A stretch of 64,000 nucleotides of DNA. Source: an uncultured Spirochaetota bacterium (GTDB lineage Bacteria; Spirochaetota; B62-G9; DRHN01). The notes beneath the pieces are model-generated. The model did no database searches. It was not told the origin of the DNA and saw nothing but the letters and a program-made list of their open reading frames with translations. The position numbers and the translations under genes were made by a program. Position 1 is the stretch's first letter. Each line of letters starts with the position of its first letter. Where the stretch lies: assembly GCA_964424795.1 (NCBI GenBank), contig CAYRKG010000020.1:2643-66642 (forward strand), in the 5' to 3' direction. Below, one piece after another: positions 48,079-58,159 of the stretch.

Positions 48079-48819
48079 CTAGGATATCATCAGTGCCTTC
48101 ATCTTTCTTAATATTACATCATAAAGATTTTCTTTCCTGTTATTCATAATCTCCTTAATAAAGGCTGAGCCCACTACACAGGCATGGACATATCTGGAGA
48201 TGGCCTCGATCTGATGTCTCTCAGATATCCCGAAGCCCGCAAGGATCTTTTTCCCAAAGGTTCCAACATTTTTAAGAAACATAATATTTTCAGCTCCAAT
48301 TTCAGTAAATGAACCTGTGAACCCCTTGCGCAGTGCTGTATACACAAACTCCGATTGGCCTGAGAGGATCAGTTTCAGACGGTTTTCCTCTGTAGAGGGA
48401 GCAATAACAGGGATGACTTTCATGCCAGTTTTATCCCCAAGACAAAAAAGACCTTCATCATAATCAAGAGGGAGATCTGGCACAATTACACCCTGTACTC
48501 CTGTAAGTTTACACTGATCTAAAAACTTCTCAACTCCGTGAAAGAATAGAGTATTTGCATAACCCATAATAAAGATAGGGATATCTGAAAACTCTCTGAT
48601 CTTTGCTATGACCTCAAATCCAAGTGGAACTTTAAATCCTTCCTCCAGGGCTTTCGCACATGCCCTCTGTATATAGAAGCCATCGGCTGTTGGATCGCTG
48701 AACGGAAACTGAATCTCAAGGTATACGCATCCTCCATCTATTAATGCTCGTGCAATCTCCAATGATGCTTCTCTATTCGGATAGAAGGCAACCATGTGAG
48801 CCATAATCTTATTTGACAT
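48079..48819 (-). CDS. trpA: Tryptophan synthase alpha chain
   Basis: YLEIQFPFSDPTADG block. I place the start at the ATG at 48817-48819, overlapping the trpB end by 11 nt (track start 48879 is unlikely). Confidence 0.9.
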   Translation of the reverse strand: MSNKIMAHMVAFYPNREASLEIARALIDGGCVYLEIQFPFSDPTADGFYIQRACAKALEEGFKVPLGFEVIAKIREFSDIPIFIMGYANTLFFHGVEKFLDQCKLTGVQGVIVPDLPLDYDEGLFCLGDKTGMKVIPVIAPSTEENRLKLILSGQSEFVYTALRKGFTGSFTEIGAENIMFLKNVGTFGKKILAGFGISERHQIEAISRYVHACVVGSAFIKEIMNNRKENLYDVILRKMKALMIS

Positions 48820-50038
48820 CCTCTTCGACCTCCTCTTTGAGGAAGGAATACCAGTTATTCTTATCAAGGCTCTTTGCAAGGATAAAGAGATCCTTGTCCC
48901 CTCTTCCTGACATATTAACTATGATTGATTTTTCAGGTGCAAGGGTCTTTGCCAGCTTCATAGCCTGGGCACCTGCGTGTGCAGGTTCAAGAGCAAAGAT
49001 AAGCCCCTCATTCTTTGCAAAAAATTGCACTGCTTGAAGTGCTTCAGCATCTGTAACCTCCGTAAACTCAATCCTCCCCTTCTTTCCTAAGGCCGCAAGT
49101 TGAGGACCGATCCCCGGGTAATCAAGGCCAGCAGATATCGAATGTGTAGCCTGAACCTGGCCATCTTCATCAAGGAGAAAGAGCGATTTATAGCCATGAA
49201 CAATACCCACTCTTCCCGCACCGCACATTCTTGATGCATGCTCTCCAGCTCTTTTTCCTCTTCCTCCAGCTTCAACTCCTATGAGCCTTGGATAAGTCGT
49301 TTCCAGAAATGGATAAAAGAAACCTATTGCATTCGATCCACCACCCACACATGCTATCAATGCCTCAACATCAAGTTTTTTCTGCTTCATTTCTCCATAA
49401 ACCTCTTTTCCTATAATGGACTGAAACTCACGTACCATATCTGGATATGGTGAAGGTCCCAATGCTGAACCCAATAGGTAGTGGGTATCTTCAAAACTTT
49501 CTGCCCAGTCCCTGAGGGCTTCATTTACAGCATCCTTCAGGGTTGCCTTTTCCCCTGTAACTGGCACAACTTCAGCACCGAACAGCTCCATCCAGAAGAC
49601 ATTTGGTCTCTGGCGCTTGATATCCATCTCCCCCATATAGACTCTGCACTGCAAGCCCAGCTTTGCGCATACAGAAGCTACAGCAACCCCATGCTGCCCG
49701 GCACCCGTCTCGGCAATAATCCTTTTCTTACCCATTCTTCTGGCCAGAAGTGCCTGGCCCAGAACGTTGTTTATCTTGTGTGCTCCAGTATTTGAAAGCC
49801 CCTCAAGCTTTATAAAAACCTTTGCTCCTCCCAGAACTTTTGTAGCATTTGCTGCATACATCAGGGGAGTAGGCCTTCCTGCAAACTGGGTGAACATTGT
49901 ATCAAGCTCTTTCTGGAAAGCCTCATCTTTCATGGCCTTCAGCCACTCTTTTTCAAGCTTATCGAGCGCTGGCCGTAAGATCTCTGCAACGTACCTTCCG
50001 CCAAAATCATCAAAGAAATCGTTATAAAGCTTTTTCAA
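48809..50038 (-). CDS. trpB: Tryptophan synthase beta chain
   Basis: LEGLSNTGAHKINN (PLP lysine), GGGSNAIG and GLDYPGIGP blocks. Confidence 0.95.
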   Translation of the reverse strand: MKKLYNDFFDDFGGRYVAEILRPALDKLEKEWLKAMKDEAFQKELDTMFTQFAGRPTPLMYAANATKVLGGAKVFIKLEGLSNTGAHKINNVLGQALLARRMGKKRIIAETGAGQHGVAVASVCAKLGLQCRVYMGEMDIKRQRPNVFWMELFGAEVVPVTGEKATLKDAVNEALRDWAESFEDTHYLLGSALGPSPYPDMVREFQSIIGKEVYGEMKQKKLDVEALIACVGGGSNAIGFFYPFLETTYPRLIGVEAGGRGKRAGEHASRMCGAGRVGIVHGYKSLFLLDEDGQVQATHSISAGLDYPGIGPQLAALGKKGRIEFTEVTDAEALQAVQFFAKNEGLIFALEPAHAGAQAMKLAKTLAPEKSIIVNMSGRGDKDLFILAKSLDKNNWYSFLKEEVEEDVK

Positions 50039-51431
50039 TACTTATCTCCTCAAAATATTTTTTAATCTTATCATGATCCTTTACACCGTAAGACGATTCA
50101 AGCATGCTTGAAGCATCTATAAGCTCAGGTCTATACTTTTCAATTATATCCCTCACATTCTCAGGGCCTATACCTCCTGCAAGCCAGAGATTTAGTCTAT
50201 CCTTCAAGTGAAGAAGAATTTCATCGGATATTCTCTTCCCTGTTCCCCCCTGGATACCGTGTACAAAGGTGTCAATCAGTACCCTGGGACAGTGGTAAAG
50301 ATCGATTTTTCCGATGTCATTAATGGCCTTAATTCTCAACGCTTTAAAATAGGGAAAGGCCATTTTGAAACAATCCTCTGGCAACTCTTCTCCGTGGAAC
50401 TGAATTACGTCCAGAAACCCATCTTCCAGTAGGCCCTTGACCTCAGGGTCAATATTGTTAACCACGACCCCTGCCTTCAGGATATCAAGCTCTCTTATCC
50501 TTTTCAAAAGTTCAGGTCCTGCCCTCCTCGGCGAATCTGCGAAAACAAAACCAAGCATATCCGCACCCATCTCTTTTGCAAAGAAGGCATCTTTCTCTCT
50601 TGTAATGCCGCAGATTTTTGTCAGAGGTATATTTTCTTTCTTCCTTGAAAATAATCTAAACCAGAAGCTTCTCCTTTTATGAGAAAATGATTTAAAAAGC
50701 TCTTCGATAAGCTCTTCATTCCTCATAACAGCTTCCCCAACCAGGAGCCCTGAAAAACCTGATGAGAGTGCAAATACAGCATCCTCCTCTGATAATAGCC
50801 CCGATTCAAATACGGTTACTGTATCCCATGTTACTCTGCTTCGCTGCTTCACAGGCTGAATAAGATCAATCTTGAAGGAGTTGAGATCCCTGCTGTTGAA
50901 TCCAGTGAAATCAGGTTTAATTACTCTGGCCTTCCTTATGTCATTTTCATCATGCACCTCGAACAGGACCTCCATCCCCAGAGTTTTTGCCTTTCTGTAG
51001 AGCCTGAAAAGGGCGTTCTGATCATGCATGGAAGCTATGAGAAGAACAGCATCTGCACCTGCTCTGTAGGATACTTCAATATCCTCCTCATCTATGATGA
51101 AGTCCTTTCTTAAAATAGACAGATTAGGGAAGGCCCTTTTTATTACAAAAAGATCCCTTAAAGAGCCTGAAAAATAATCCTCTTCTGTCAGGACCGATAC
51201 AGTTTTGATACCTCTATCGATATAATGTTTCGCCTTTTCAACTGCATCAACAGCGGGGGCAATTCTACCTCTTGACGGAGATGATCTCTTTATCTCACAT
51301 ATCAGAAAAGGGCTCAAACCAAAAGGGATTATCGGGAAGCTTCTCTTTAACGGTAATTTCAATCCCATTTCATAACCGGAGCTCTCTATTCTTTTTCTCC
51401 TTTTTGCCACAATCTCATCTATTTTACCCAT
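50022..51431 (-). CDS. trpC: Bifunctional indole-3-glycerol-phosphate synthase / phosphoribosylanthranilate isomerase (TrpC-TrpF fusion)
   Basis: The N-terminal half has ICEIKRSSPSRG, VLTEEDYFSGS and LRKDFIIDE (IGPS). The C-terminal half has KICGITREKDAFFAKEMGADMLGFVF (PRAI). Confidence 0.9.
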   Translation of the reverse strand: MGKIDEIVAKRRKRIESSGYEMGLKLPLKRSFPIIPFGLSPFLICEIKRSSPSRGRIAPAVDAVEKAKHYIDRGIKTVSVLTEEDYFSGSLRDLFVIKRAFPNLSILRKDFIIDEEDIEVSYRAGADAVLLIASMHDQNALFRLYRKAKTLGMEVLFEVHDENDIRKARVIKPDFTGFNSRDLNSFKIDLIQPVKQRSRVTWDTVTVFESGLLSEEDAVFALSSGFSGLLVGEAVMRNEELIEELFKSFSHKRRSFWFRLFSRKKENIPLTKICGITREKDAFFAKEMGADMLGFVFADSPRRAGPELLKRIRELDILKAGVVVNNIDPEVKGLLEDGFLDVIQFHGEELPEDCFKMAFPYFKALRIKAINDIGKIDLYHCPRVLIDTFVHGIQGGTGKRISDEILLHLKDRLNLWLAGGIGPENVRDIIEKYRPELIDASSMLESSYGVKDHDKIKKYFEEISIEKAL

Positions 51432-51452
51432 TCTTCAGATCCTCCCAAATGC

Positions 51453-53057
51453 TCAACCCTCCAAAATTCTCTTTCCCTCATCAATGATCTGTGTCAGTTT
51501 TTCCTCTGTCTTTCCTGATTCAAGGGCCCTCTTTGCAAGCAGGTATCCCTCCCTTATACTTTCAGAAAGATTATAGATGTAAAGTGCTGCTCCTGCATTC
51601 AGTAAAACCGCCTCCTTAATGGCTTCCCTCCCCTTTGAATTGAAGAGGTCATATGCAATTGAAACATTCTCCTTTGGAGTTCCGCCTGCAATTTCGCTCT
51701 GGTGGAATCTCTTTATTCCAAGATCTTCTGGATTTAAGATATAATCCCTGACATTGCCTCTTTTATCGATCTCTATAATTCTTGTTGCAGCTGAAACTGA
51801 TATTTCATCAAGACCATCAAGTCCGTGAACAACCATAACCCTCTCCTTACCAAGAAGGCTCAAAGCCTCTGCCATAGGTGTACAGAGTTCTTCAGAGTAC
51901 ACCCCGATGAGCTGGTAGGCTGCATCAGCAGGATTCAGTAGAGGACCCATAAGATTCATCACTGTTTTTATGCCAAGTTCCCGTCTTACCCTTGCTACAT
52001 GTTTCATCGATTCATGATAGATCGGAGCAAATAAAAAGGTAAACCCAGTTTTATCCAGTAGAAGTGAAGCCTTCTTGGGAGAAAGGTTTGTTACGATGCC
52101 GAGCTCATGATAAAAATCAGCACTTCCAGACCTGGAGCTTATGCCCCTGTTTCCATGTTTGGCTATATAGGCACCACATGAGCATGCTAAAATTGCTGCC
52201 ATTGAAGAGATATTAAAGCTTCCCTTTCCATCCCCTCCTGTTCCGCATGTATCGAGCAGTGGATATGAATGGGAGATGCTTTTTTTCCTCTTGCGAAGAA
52301 CTGAGGCAAAAGCAGCTATCTCGCGGGCACTTACCTTTCTTGCAGCAAGGGCAGTGAGGACAGCTGCAGATTGTGCATCTGTGAGCTCACCATCTGTAAG
52401 CTCTTCCATAAAATTATGCGCTTCTTCATCTGAAAGTTCTTTTCCAGATGTTATCTTTGTAAGGATCTCAGATATATTGAACGGCTTTCTCCTATAATTT
52501 AAGAAGTTCTTCAAAAGCTTTTTCCCATACTCTGAGGCAACAGATTCAGGGTGGAATTGAATACCTTCGATCGTATATAGTTTATGTCTGATCCCCATAA
52601 TCTCCCCATCATCCGACGTTGCTGTTACCTCAAGCTCAGGGGACAGGCCTTTCCTGCTTATCACAAGAGAATGATAGCGGGTAAATCTGGAAGGAGATGG
52701 TATATTTCTGAAAACTCCCATGCCATCTAGAGTCATCCCCTCAGTTTTTCCATGCACAATATTCTTTGCCCCAATTATACTTGCACCAAATGCATATCCT
52801 ATTGCCTGATGACCGAGACATACACCGAGGATTGGTATCTTTCCTGCAAAATGTCTTACTACGCTCACAGATAATCCTGCCTCTTCGGGTCTTCCAGGTC
52901 CAGGAGATATAATAATAGCCTTTGGATTAAGCCTTTCAATCTCCGGGATTGTTATTCTATCGTTCCTGAAAACTCTAACCTCCTCATCACTCATCTCCTG
53001 GATATATTGAAACAGGTTATAGGTGAAGGAGTCATAATTATCGATAATGAGATACAT
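51453..53057 (-). CDS. trpD: Anthranilate synthase component II fused to anthranilate phosphoribosyltransferase (TrpG-TrpD fusion)
   Basis: The N-terminal GATase has DNYDSFTYNL, GVCLGHQ and FHPES. The C-terminal part has DTCGTGGDGKGSFNIS and HGNRG. Confidence 0.9.
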   Translation of the reverse strand: MYLIIDNYDSFTYNLFQYIQEMSDEEVRVFRNDRITIPEIERLNPKAIIISPGPGRPEEAGLSVSVVRHFAGKIPILGVCLGHQAIGYAFGASIIGAKNIVHGKTEGMTLDGMGVFRNIPSPSRFTRYHSLVISRKGLSPELEVTATSDDGEIMGIRHKLYTIEGIQFHPESVASEYGKKLLKNFLNYRRKPFNISEILTKITSGKELSDEEAHNFMEELTDGELTDAQSAAVLTALAARKVSAREIAAFASVLRKRKKSISHSYPLLDTCGTGGDGKGSFNISSMAAILACSCGAYIAKHGNRGISSRSGSADFYHELGIVTNLSPKKASLLLDKTGFTFLFAPIYHESMKHVARVRRELGIKTVMNLMGPLLNPADAAYQLIGVYSEELCTPMAEALSLLGKERVMVVHGLDGLDEISVSAATRIIEIDKRGNVRDYILNPEDLGIKRFHQSEIAGGTPKENVSIAYDLFNSKGREAIKEAVLLNAGAALYIYNLSESIREGYLLAKRALESGKTEEKLTQIIDEGKRILEG

Positions 53058-53060
53058 TGC

Positions 53061-54473
53061 CTATACCTCCACTCCCAGAGCTTTTCCCATTGCCTTCAGT
53101 TTTGAAGATGTCTCCATATACTCTCTTTCAGGAACGGAATCAAAAACAATGCCCGCTCCAGCCTGAAGGATGAGAGTATCGTTTATTTTAAGGGCGCTTC
53201 TTATGGTAATGCACGTATCAAGCGTCCCCTGTGGCTCGATATAGCCTACAAGCCCTGCATAGAATCCTCTCTTTTCCTTCTCAAGTAAGCTGATTACTTC
53301 CATTGCCCTTATCTTTGGAGCTCCTGTAACAGTACCAGCAGGGAATGTTGCACGTATGGCATCGATCCCGTTTTTACCTTTCATCAGTTTGCCTTCAACC
53401 TGAGACACCAGATGCATGACATGAGAGTATCTCTCAATTTCCATGTTTTCAGTAACCGAAACGCTCCCTGCTTTACAAACCCTGCCAAGGTCGTTCCTTG
53501 CAAGGTCAACGAGCATCAAATGCTCAGCCCTCTCCTTTTCATCTGAAATAAGCTCTGATTCGAGAAGCAGGTCCTCTCCATGATCTCTGCCCCTTCTCCT
53601 CGTCCCTGCAAGGGGGCGTATCTTTACGCTTTCGTTTTTCACCTTAACATGAATTTCAGGTGAGGAACCAAAGAGCTGGAATCCTCCTGTATCAAGATAA
53701 AACATGTACGGCGACGGATTCAGCGATCTCAGCCTCCTGTATGCCTCGAGAGATGGAATCTGAGATCTGACATAAACCCTTCTTGACAAAACTCCCTGCA
53801 GCAGGTTTCCCTTGATAATCTCTTTTCTTATTTTCCTGACACCTTCGATGAAATCAACTTTCCTATTCCCCTTTAACATAACAGAGGCTTTATACTCCCT
53901 ATCAGGAGAAATAAGATAGTTGAAATCAAAGTCATTGATCTTTTCCTCTGTTTCACATATTGCTCTCTCGAGATCAATATGGTGCTCTTTATAATTAATT
54001 CCAGTAATGGCTATCGTATCTGTATAGTGGTCAAAGATTAAGAAGATATGTCCAAGGATAAAAAATGCATCTGGAATACCGAGAGGGTCCGGCTGTTTAA
54101 CAGCTTTTATATCATCAAAATGAAATGCATAGTCGTATGCCAGGTAGCCAATTCCTCCTGAAGGGAATGGAAATGGATATTCTCCATCTTTATGCTGGTC
54201 TGCAAAGGATAGAAGGATATCAAGGATATCTTTCCCATCCCGTTCAATCCTTTTTTCTACACCATCCATTCTGATAAATATTTCATTATTTTTCTGAAAG
54301 ATTGAAAAAGCCTCTTTAAGGAGAAGAAGAGAATACCTTCCCCTGCCCTGCTCGAAGGATGCAGATTCTAAAAGGGCCTTTGCTTCCAGTTTGTTACATA
54401 AGGAAAATGGTGTGAATCTCTCCCCATGGATTACCTTTATCAGGGTATTACCCTTTACTGTTTTAATACTCAA
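53061..54473 (-). CDS. trpE: Anthranilate synthase component I
   Basis: [31 protein letters not shown] and GAPKIRAME blocks. TTG start with a GGAGG RBS 6 nt upstream. Confidence 0.9.
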   Translation of the reverse strand: MSIKTVKGNTLIKVIHGERFTPFSLCNKLEAKALLESASFEQGRGRYSLLLLKEAFSIFQKNNEIFIRMDGVEKRIERDGKDILDILLSFADQHKDGEYPFPFPSGGIGYLAYDYAFHFDDIKAVKQPDPLGIPDAFFILGHIFLIFDHYTDTIAITGINYKEHHIDLERAICETEEKINDFDFNYLISPDREYKASVMLKGNRKVDFIEGVRKIRKEIIKGNLLQGVLSRRVYVRSQIPSLEAYRRLRSLNPSPYMFYLDTGGFQLFGSSPEIHVKVKNESVKIRPLAGTRRRGRDHGEDLLLESELISDEKERAEHLMLVDLARNDLGRVCKAGSVSVTENMEIERYSHVMHLVSQVEGKLMKGKNGIDAIRATFPAGTVTGAPKIRAMEVISLLEKEKRGFYAGLVGYIEPQGTLDTCITIRSALKINDTLILQAGAGIVFDSVPEREYMETSSKLKAMGKALGVEV

Positions 54474-54505
54474 ACTGAACCTCCTGTCTTTACACTCTGA
54501 AGAAC

Positions 54506-54540
54506 ATAAAAAAAGACCGAAAACCTAAAAGGTTTTACGG
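54506..54540 (-). terminator. trp attenuator terminator
   Basis: The minus strand reads GGCCGTAAAACC-tttta-GGTTTTCGGTC followed by TTTTTTT. It lies 33 nt upstream of the trpE start. Confidence 0.7.
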
Positions 54541-54616
54541 CCTGTTAAAAAACAGGCCGCAGAAACTGGTATCAGCAACCAGAACCTGCGGCCTGACTGG
54601 AAACGGGTATGGTTCT

Positions 54617-54667
54617 GGTTATTGCCAGAACCACCACCAGTAATTATCTGCTGAGAAAAATTTATTC
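54617..54667 (-). CDS. trpL: trp operon leader peptide, 16 aa: MNKFFSADNYWWWFWQ
   Basis: GTG start 6 nt after a GGGG(A) SD. There are four TGG codons in the last six sense codons. Alternative hairpins and the terminator follow immediately, upstream of trpE. Confidence 0.7.
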
Positions 54668-54684
54668 ACCTTTTTCCCCTGTTT

Positions 54685-54827
54685 TATTAATTAGTTCTTG
54701 GTGATTAATTGGAATAAATATAATTCAATTATAAAATGCATTTTGTAAATCAATATATTATATGTATATATAAAGCCACCAAGAACTTACAAAGTTTCTG
54801 GTGAATTATTCACCAGAAACTAATTAC
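54685..54827. repeat. Palindromic intergenic element C (same family as 8004-8252 and 42362-42562)
   Basis: TTAATTAGTTCTTGGTGATTAATTGG (54685-54710) has an inverted partner CACCAAGAACT (54777-54787). This is followed by the perfect 27-nt palindrome GTTTCTGGTGAAT-t-ATTCACCAGAAAC (54794-54820) and TAATTAC. Confidence 0.65.
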
Positions 54828-54846
54828 ATATCAAATAAAGAAAAAG

Positions 54847-55926
54847 TCAAGGAAAAACTTTTACAATACTTCTGATAAGCCTTTCCCACTGATCAGCCAC
54901 AATGCGGATATCATACCTCTTTTCAACTTCTTTAATCCCAAGCTTTCCCAGCTTTCTTAGAAGTGAATGATTATTCGATGCCTTTAAAAGAATACTTGCA
55001 GTCTTATCAGGATCTGCGAGGAGAAGAATCGTTTCTCCTTCTTGTACTGTGGTGCCTTTTGAAATCAGAAGGTCTTGATAGGGAACAATTTCAACAGGTC
55101 CCTGTACCGGATGAGTAATAATCGGGATCCCGCAGGCCATCGCTTCTATAACAGGTATACAGAAGCCCTCCCATTCTGAAAGGTTGAGATAGACATCCAT
55201 AATAGCGTAAATCTGCGACAGCTTCCTTTCGTCAAAATCACCATCCAAGATTTTTGTTCTTTTATAGACTCCTGACCTCTCTGAAAGGGACTTCAGGTCT
55301 GCTCCATCCATTGACAAAACCCTATCTGTTTTGATGAGTAAAAGTGCCTCTTCTCTCTTTTTTGCAAAAATTGAGAATGATTCGATGATTCTGTCAAATC
55401 CCTTTCTCCTTGTATTGGCAGCAACAGTCCCGACAACAAATCGATCCTGTAATCCGTACTCTTTTCTGATCTGTTCCCTTTCTCTATCAGAACGCTGGTG
55501 AAAAACTTCTGTATCAACACCATGAGGAATAACAGGGCCTATATTTGAAACTCCTGATTTCATTAGAAAGGTCTTGGTCTTTTCTGTGAGTGGGACAGGA
55601 ATGGCATTTCCTAGAGCTTCTGCTTCAGGGGGCTTTGAAAATTGCGCCCATAGCAATACGGGTATTCCTGATTTCTCTTTATCTGTAAGAAAAGGAAACT
55701 GGTCAGGGTAACCCAGCAGAATCGAAGCCTTTGCATTTAACTTTTTGATTAGATCATTAATGTATTTTAGATTCAGGCTTTTACCGTTAGTTGAGGGACC
55801 TGCAATAACGGATTCTATTCCCTTCTTCTTCAGAAATAAGCTCAGAAAATTAAACTGGCATGAAAAAGATGTCTTTTTCTCAAGCGGAAGGCCGCTTATG
55901 AGCAGTACTTTTAATTCGTTCGTCAT
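54847..55926 (-). CDS. Glycosyltransferase family 4 (GT-B fold)
   Basis: LSEWEGFCIPVIEAMACGIPII is the E-x7-E motif region of GT4/GT1 enzymes. Confidence 0.8.
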   Translation of the reverse strand: MTNELKVLLISGLPLEKKTSFSCQFNFLSLFLKKKGIESVIAGPSTNGKSLNLKYINDLIKKLNAKASILLGYPDQFPFLTDKEKSGIPVLLWAQFSKPPEAEALGNAIPVPLTEKTKTFLMKSGVSNIGPVIPHGVDTEVFHQRSDREREQIRKEYGLQDRFVVGTVAANTRRKGFDRIIESFSIFAKKREEALLLIKTDRVLSMDGADLKSLSERSGVYKRTKILDGDFDERKLSQIYAIMDVYLNLSEWEGFCIPVIEAMACGIPIITHPVQGPVEIVPYQDLLISKGTTVQEGETILLLADPDKTASILLKASNNHSLLRKLGKLGIKEVEKRYDIRIVADQWERLIRSIVKVFP

Positions 55927-55937
55927 TTTGTATTCTT

Positions 55938-57311
55938 TTACTGAACAGGTTCAAACCTTGCTGTAAAATGTCTTAAAAATGGAGGTTCCCATGTAATTTT
56001 TAGTCCTTTAGCCCTATCTCTTTCCTTGAATGTCTCAATAATAGCCTCTATTGCATAGTCAAAGTGACTCTGGGTATATACCCTCCTTGGAAAAGCAAGT
56101 CTGAGCAGCTCCATTGAAGCCGGCCTTTCCCTATCGGTTCCTTCTATCTTCTTTCCGAACATGACTGACCCGATTTCAACTCCTCTGATTCCACCCTTCT
56201 TGTAAATCTCACATGACAGTACCTGCCCCGGATATTGCGATTGTGGTATGTGGTGATAGAAGCTCTTTGCATCTAGGAAAATTGCATGACCTCCGGCTGG
56301 CCTGATAATATTAACCCCAGCTTTTATCAATTTTTCACCCATATACTCTGCAGTCCTCAGCCTGTACTTCAGATAATCTTCATCTAAAACCTCTTCCAAT
56401 CCCACTGCCAGAGCTTCCAGGTCTCTCCCGGCAAGTCCACCGTAACTTGGAAACCCTTCAGTCAATATGAGAAGGTTTCGTGCATTGATGGCTAGATCAT
56501 CACTGTTCATTGCAAGAAAACCACCAATATTTACCATTCCATCCTTTTTTGCGCTCATTGTGCAGCCATCGGCATAGGAAAATATCTCACAGGCAATCTC
56601 AAAAACAGATTTATCCTGGTATCCTTTTTCTCTCAGTTTTATAAAGTATGCATTTTCAGCAAATCTGCATGCATCGATAAAAAATGGGATCTTATATTTT
56701 TTATAGAGCCTTGAAGTTTCTCTTATGTTCTCCATTGAAACCGGCTGTCCTCCAATTGTATTATTTGTAACTGTAACCATTCCCAGTGGTATTTTTCTAT
56801 GATTTTCTGCAAGAAATTTTTCAAGTTTTGTAATATCCATATTACCCTTGAAAGGATGTTCAAGTTCAGGGATCCTTCCCTCAGGAATGACGAGATCCAC
56901 AGCTTCAGCTTTATTAAACTCTATATTTGCCCTTGTAGTATCAAAATGGTTGTTGTTGGGAACAACATCACCCTTTTTTACCATTACAGAAAAAAGTATT
57001 CTTTCAGCAGCTCTTCCCTGGTGTGTTGGGATTATATGCTTAAAACCAGTGATCTTTTTTACCATGCTTTCAAATTTAAAAAAGCTTTTACTTCCAGCAT
57101 AAGCTTCATCCCCTGTCATGATTGCCCCCCACTGTTTATCACTCATGGCCCCGGTTCCACTGTCAGTTAAGAAATCTATAAGAACATCCTCAGATTTTAT
57201 TAAAAAAGGGTTGTAGTGTACATCTTTTAAAATTAAAACCCTTTCCTGTTCAGTTGTCTGTTTGATGGATTCAACCATTTTAATTTTAAAAGGTTCGATT
57301 AATGTTTTCAT
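55938..57311 (-). CDS. tnaA: Tryptophanase (beta-eliminating lyase family; tryptophan indole-lyase more likely than tyrosine phenol-lyase)
   Basis: Long collinear similarity to E. coli TnaA as I remember it: EPFKIK, FLTDSGTGAMS, IPTHQGRAAE, SAKKDGMVNIGG (PLP Lys), HIPQSQYPGQVLSCEIYKKGGIRGVEIGS and LRHFTARF. It has FDTT (Asp as in Trpase) where TPL has FTTT. Confidence 0.8.
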   Translation of the reverse strand: MKTLIEPFKIKMVESIKQTTEQERVLILKDVHYNPFLIKSEDVLIDFLTDSGTGAMSDKQWGAIMTGDEAYAGSKSFFKFESMVKKITGFKHIIPTHQGRAAERILFSVMVKKGDVVPNNNHFDTTRANIEFNKAEAVDLVIPEGRIPELEHPFKGNMDITKLEKFLAENHRKIPLGMVTVTNNTIGGQPVSMENIRETSRLYKKYKIPFFIDACRFAENAYFIKLREKGYQDKSVFEIACEIFSYADGCTMSAKKDGMVNIGGFLAMNSDDLAINARNLLILTEGFPSYGGLAGRDLEALAVGLEEVLDEDYLKYRLRTAEYMGEKLIKAGVNIIRPAGGHAIFLDAKSFYHHIPQSQYPGQVLSCEIYKKGGIRGVEIGSVMFGKKIEGTDRERPASMELLRLAFPRRVYTQSHFDYAIEAIIETFKERDRAKGLKITWEPPFLRHFTARFEPVQ

Positions 57312-57701
57312 TTTTCACCCCTCATAGATTAATAAAATGAAAATAATTCTGTGCTATGCACGTATTACATTAAAATCGATGCTTAATATGTATTATTGTT
57401 AACACTAAAAATATTAAGGGTTTTGTCAAATATGATCAACTCTATAATAGAAACAGGATCTCCTGAAATAAAAGTAATATTTAAATGTTAAGTCCAGATT
57501 TTTTGATTTCAAATTTTCTTTATCCTAGTCCCAGATCCCTGAGAGGGCAGTTACTTTCTTTATTAACCTCTGCAGGCTCATCCTCTAAAACCTGGCCTCT
57601 TATTTTGAATGATTACAGATAGCTTTTAAGAAGTTGCAATACTGATTAAAATTGTCTATCATAGATTATATTAATAAGAATAGTAATAAGGAGGATTTAT
57701 A

Positions 57702-57995
57702 ATGGCCCTTTTTAAAAAGCGATCAGGCAGCAGGAGGGCTAGACCCATTGGGGATTCCATGGATGTATATGTAAAATGCGATAAATGCAGCGAGATCATC
57801 AAGACCCACATTGTTAAGGGGCATGAGCTCATTCCTACTTACTCAGAGCAAGAACCAGCCTATACATTGAATAAGGAGCTTATCGGATCTAAATGCCCGA
57901 ACAGGGTCCAGCTTCACATGGAGTTCGATGGTGCGAAACGTATGCTTTCCAAGGATGTTACCGGAGGTGAGTTTCAGGAGATGAAGGAGCTTTAG
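57702..57995 (+). CDS. Small hypothetical protein (CxxC-containing)
   Basis: 97 aa with a strong AAGGAGG RBS. KCDKCSEII plus a later Cys. No family recognised. Confidence 0.5.
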   Translation: MALFKKRSGSRRARPIGDSMDVYVKCDKCSEIIKTHIVKGHELIPTYSEQEPAYTLNKELIGSKCPNRVQLHMEFDGAKRMLSKDVTGGEFQEMKEL

Positions 57996-58159
57996 GATTT
58001 GCTTGCATTATCATTGGTCTTTGACCTTTTTGTATACCTCATGAGGTTACTTTACTTTAAACAGCATGACTAGACAATTTTCTCTAATTTGGATTCGAAT
58101 AATTACATAAACAAAAAATTTCTTTTAAGTTCACAAAAATATCTATCTACTCTTAGCTA

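Noticed and set aside
57312-57701. A search for a TnaC-like leader peptide or Rho-dependent attenuator upstream of tnaA.
   Set aside because: No short ORF with a Trp codon and RBS was found on the minus strand. There is only an AT-rich spacer with a weak TTGACA match.
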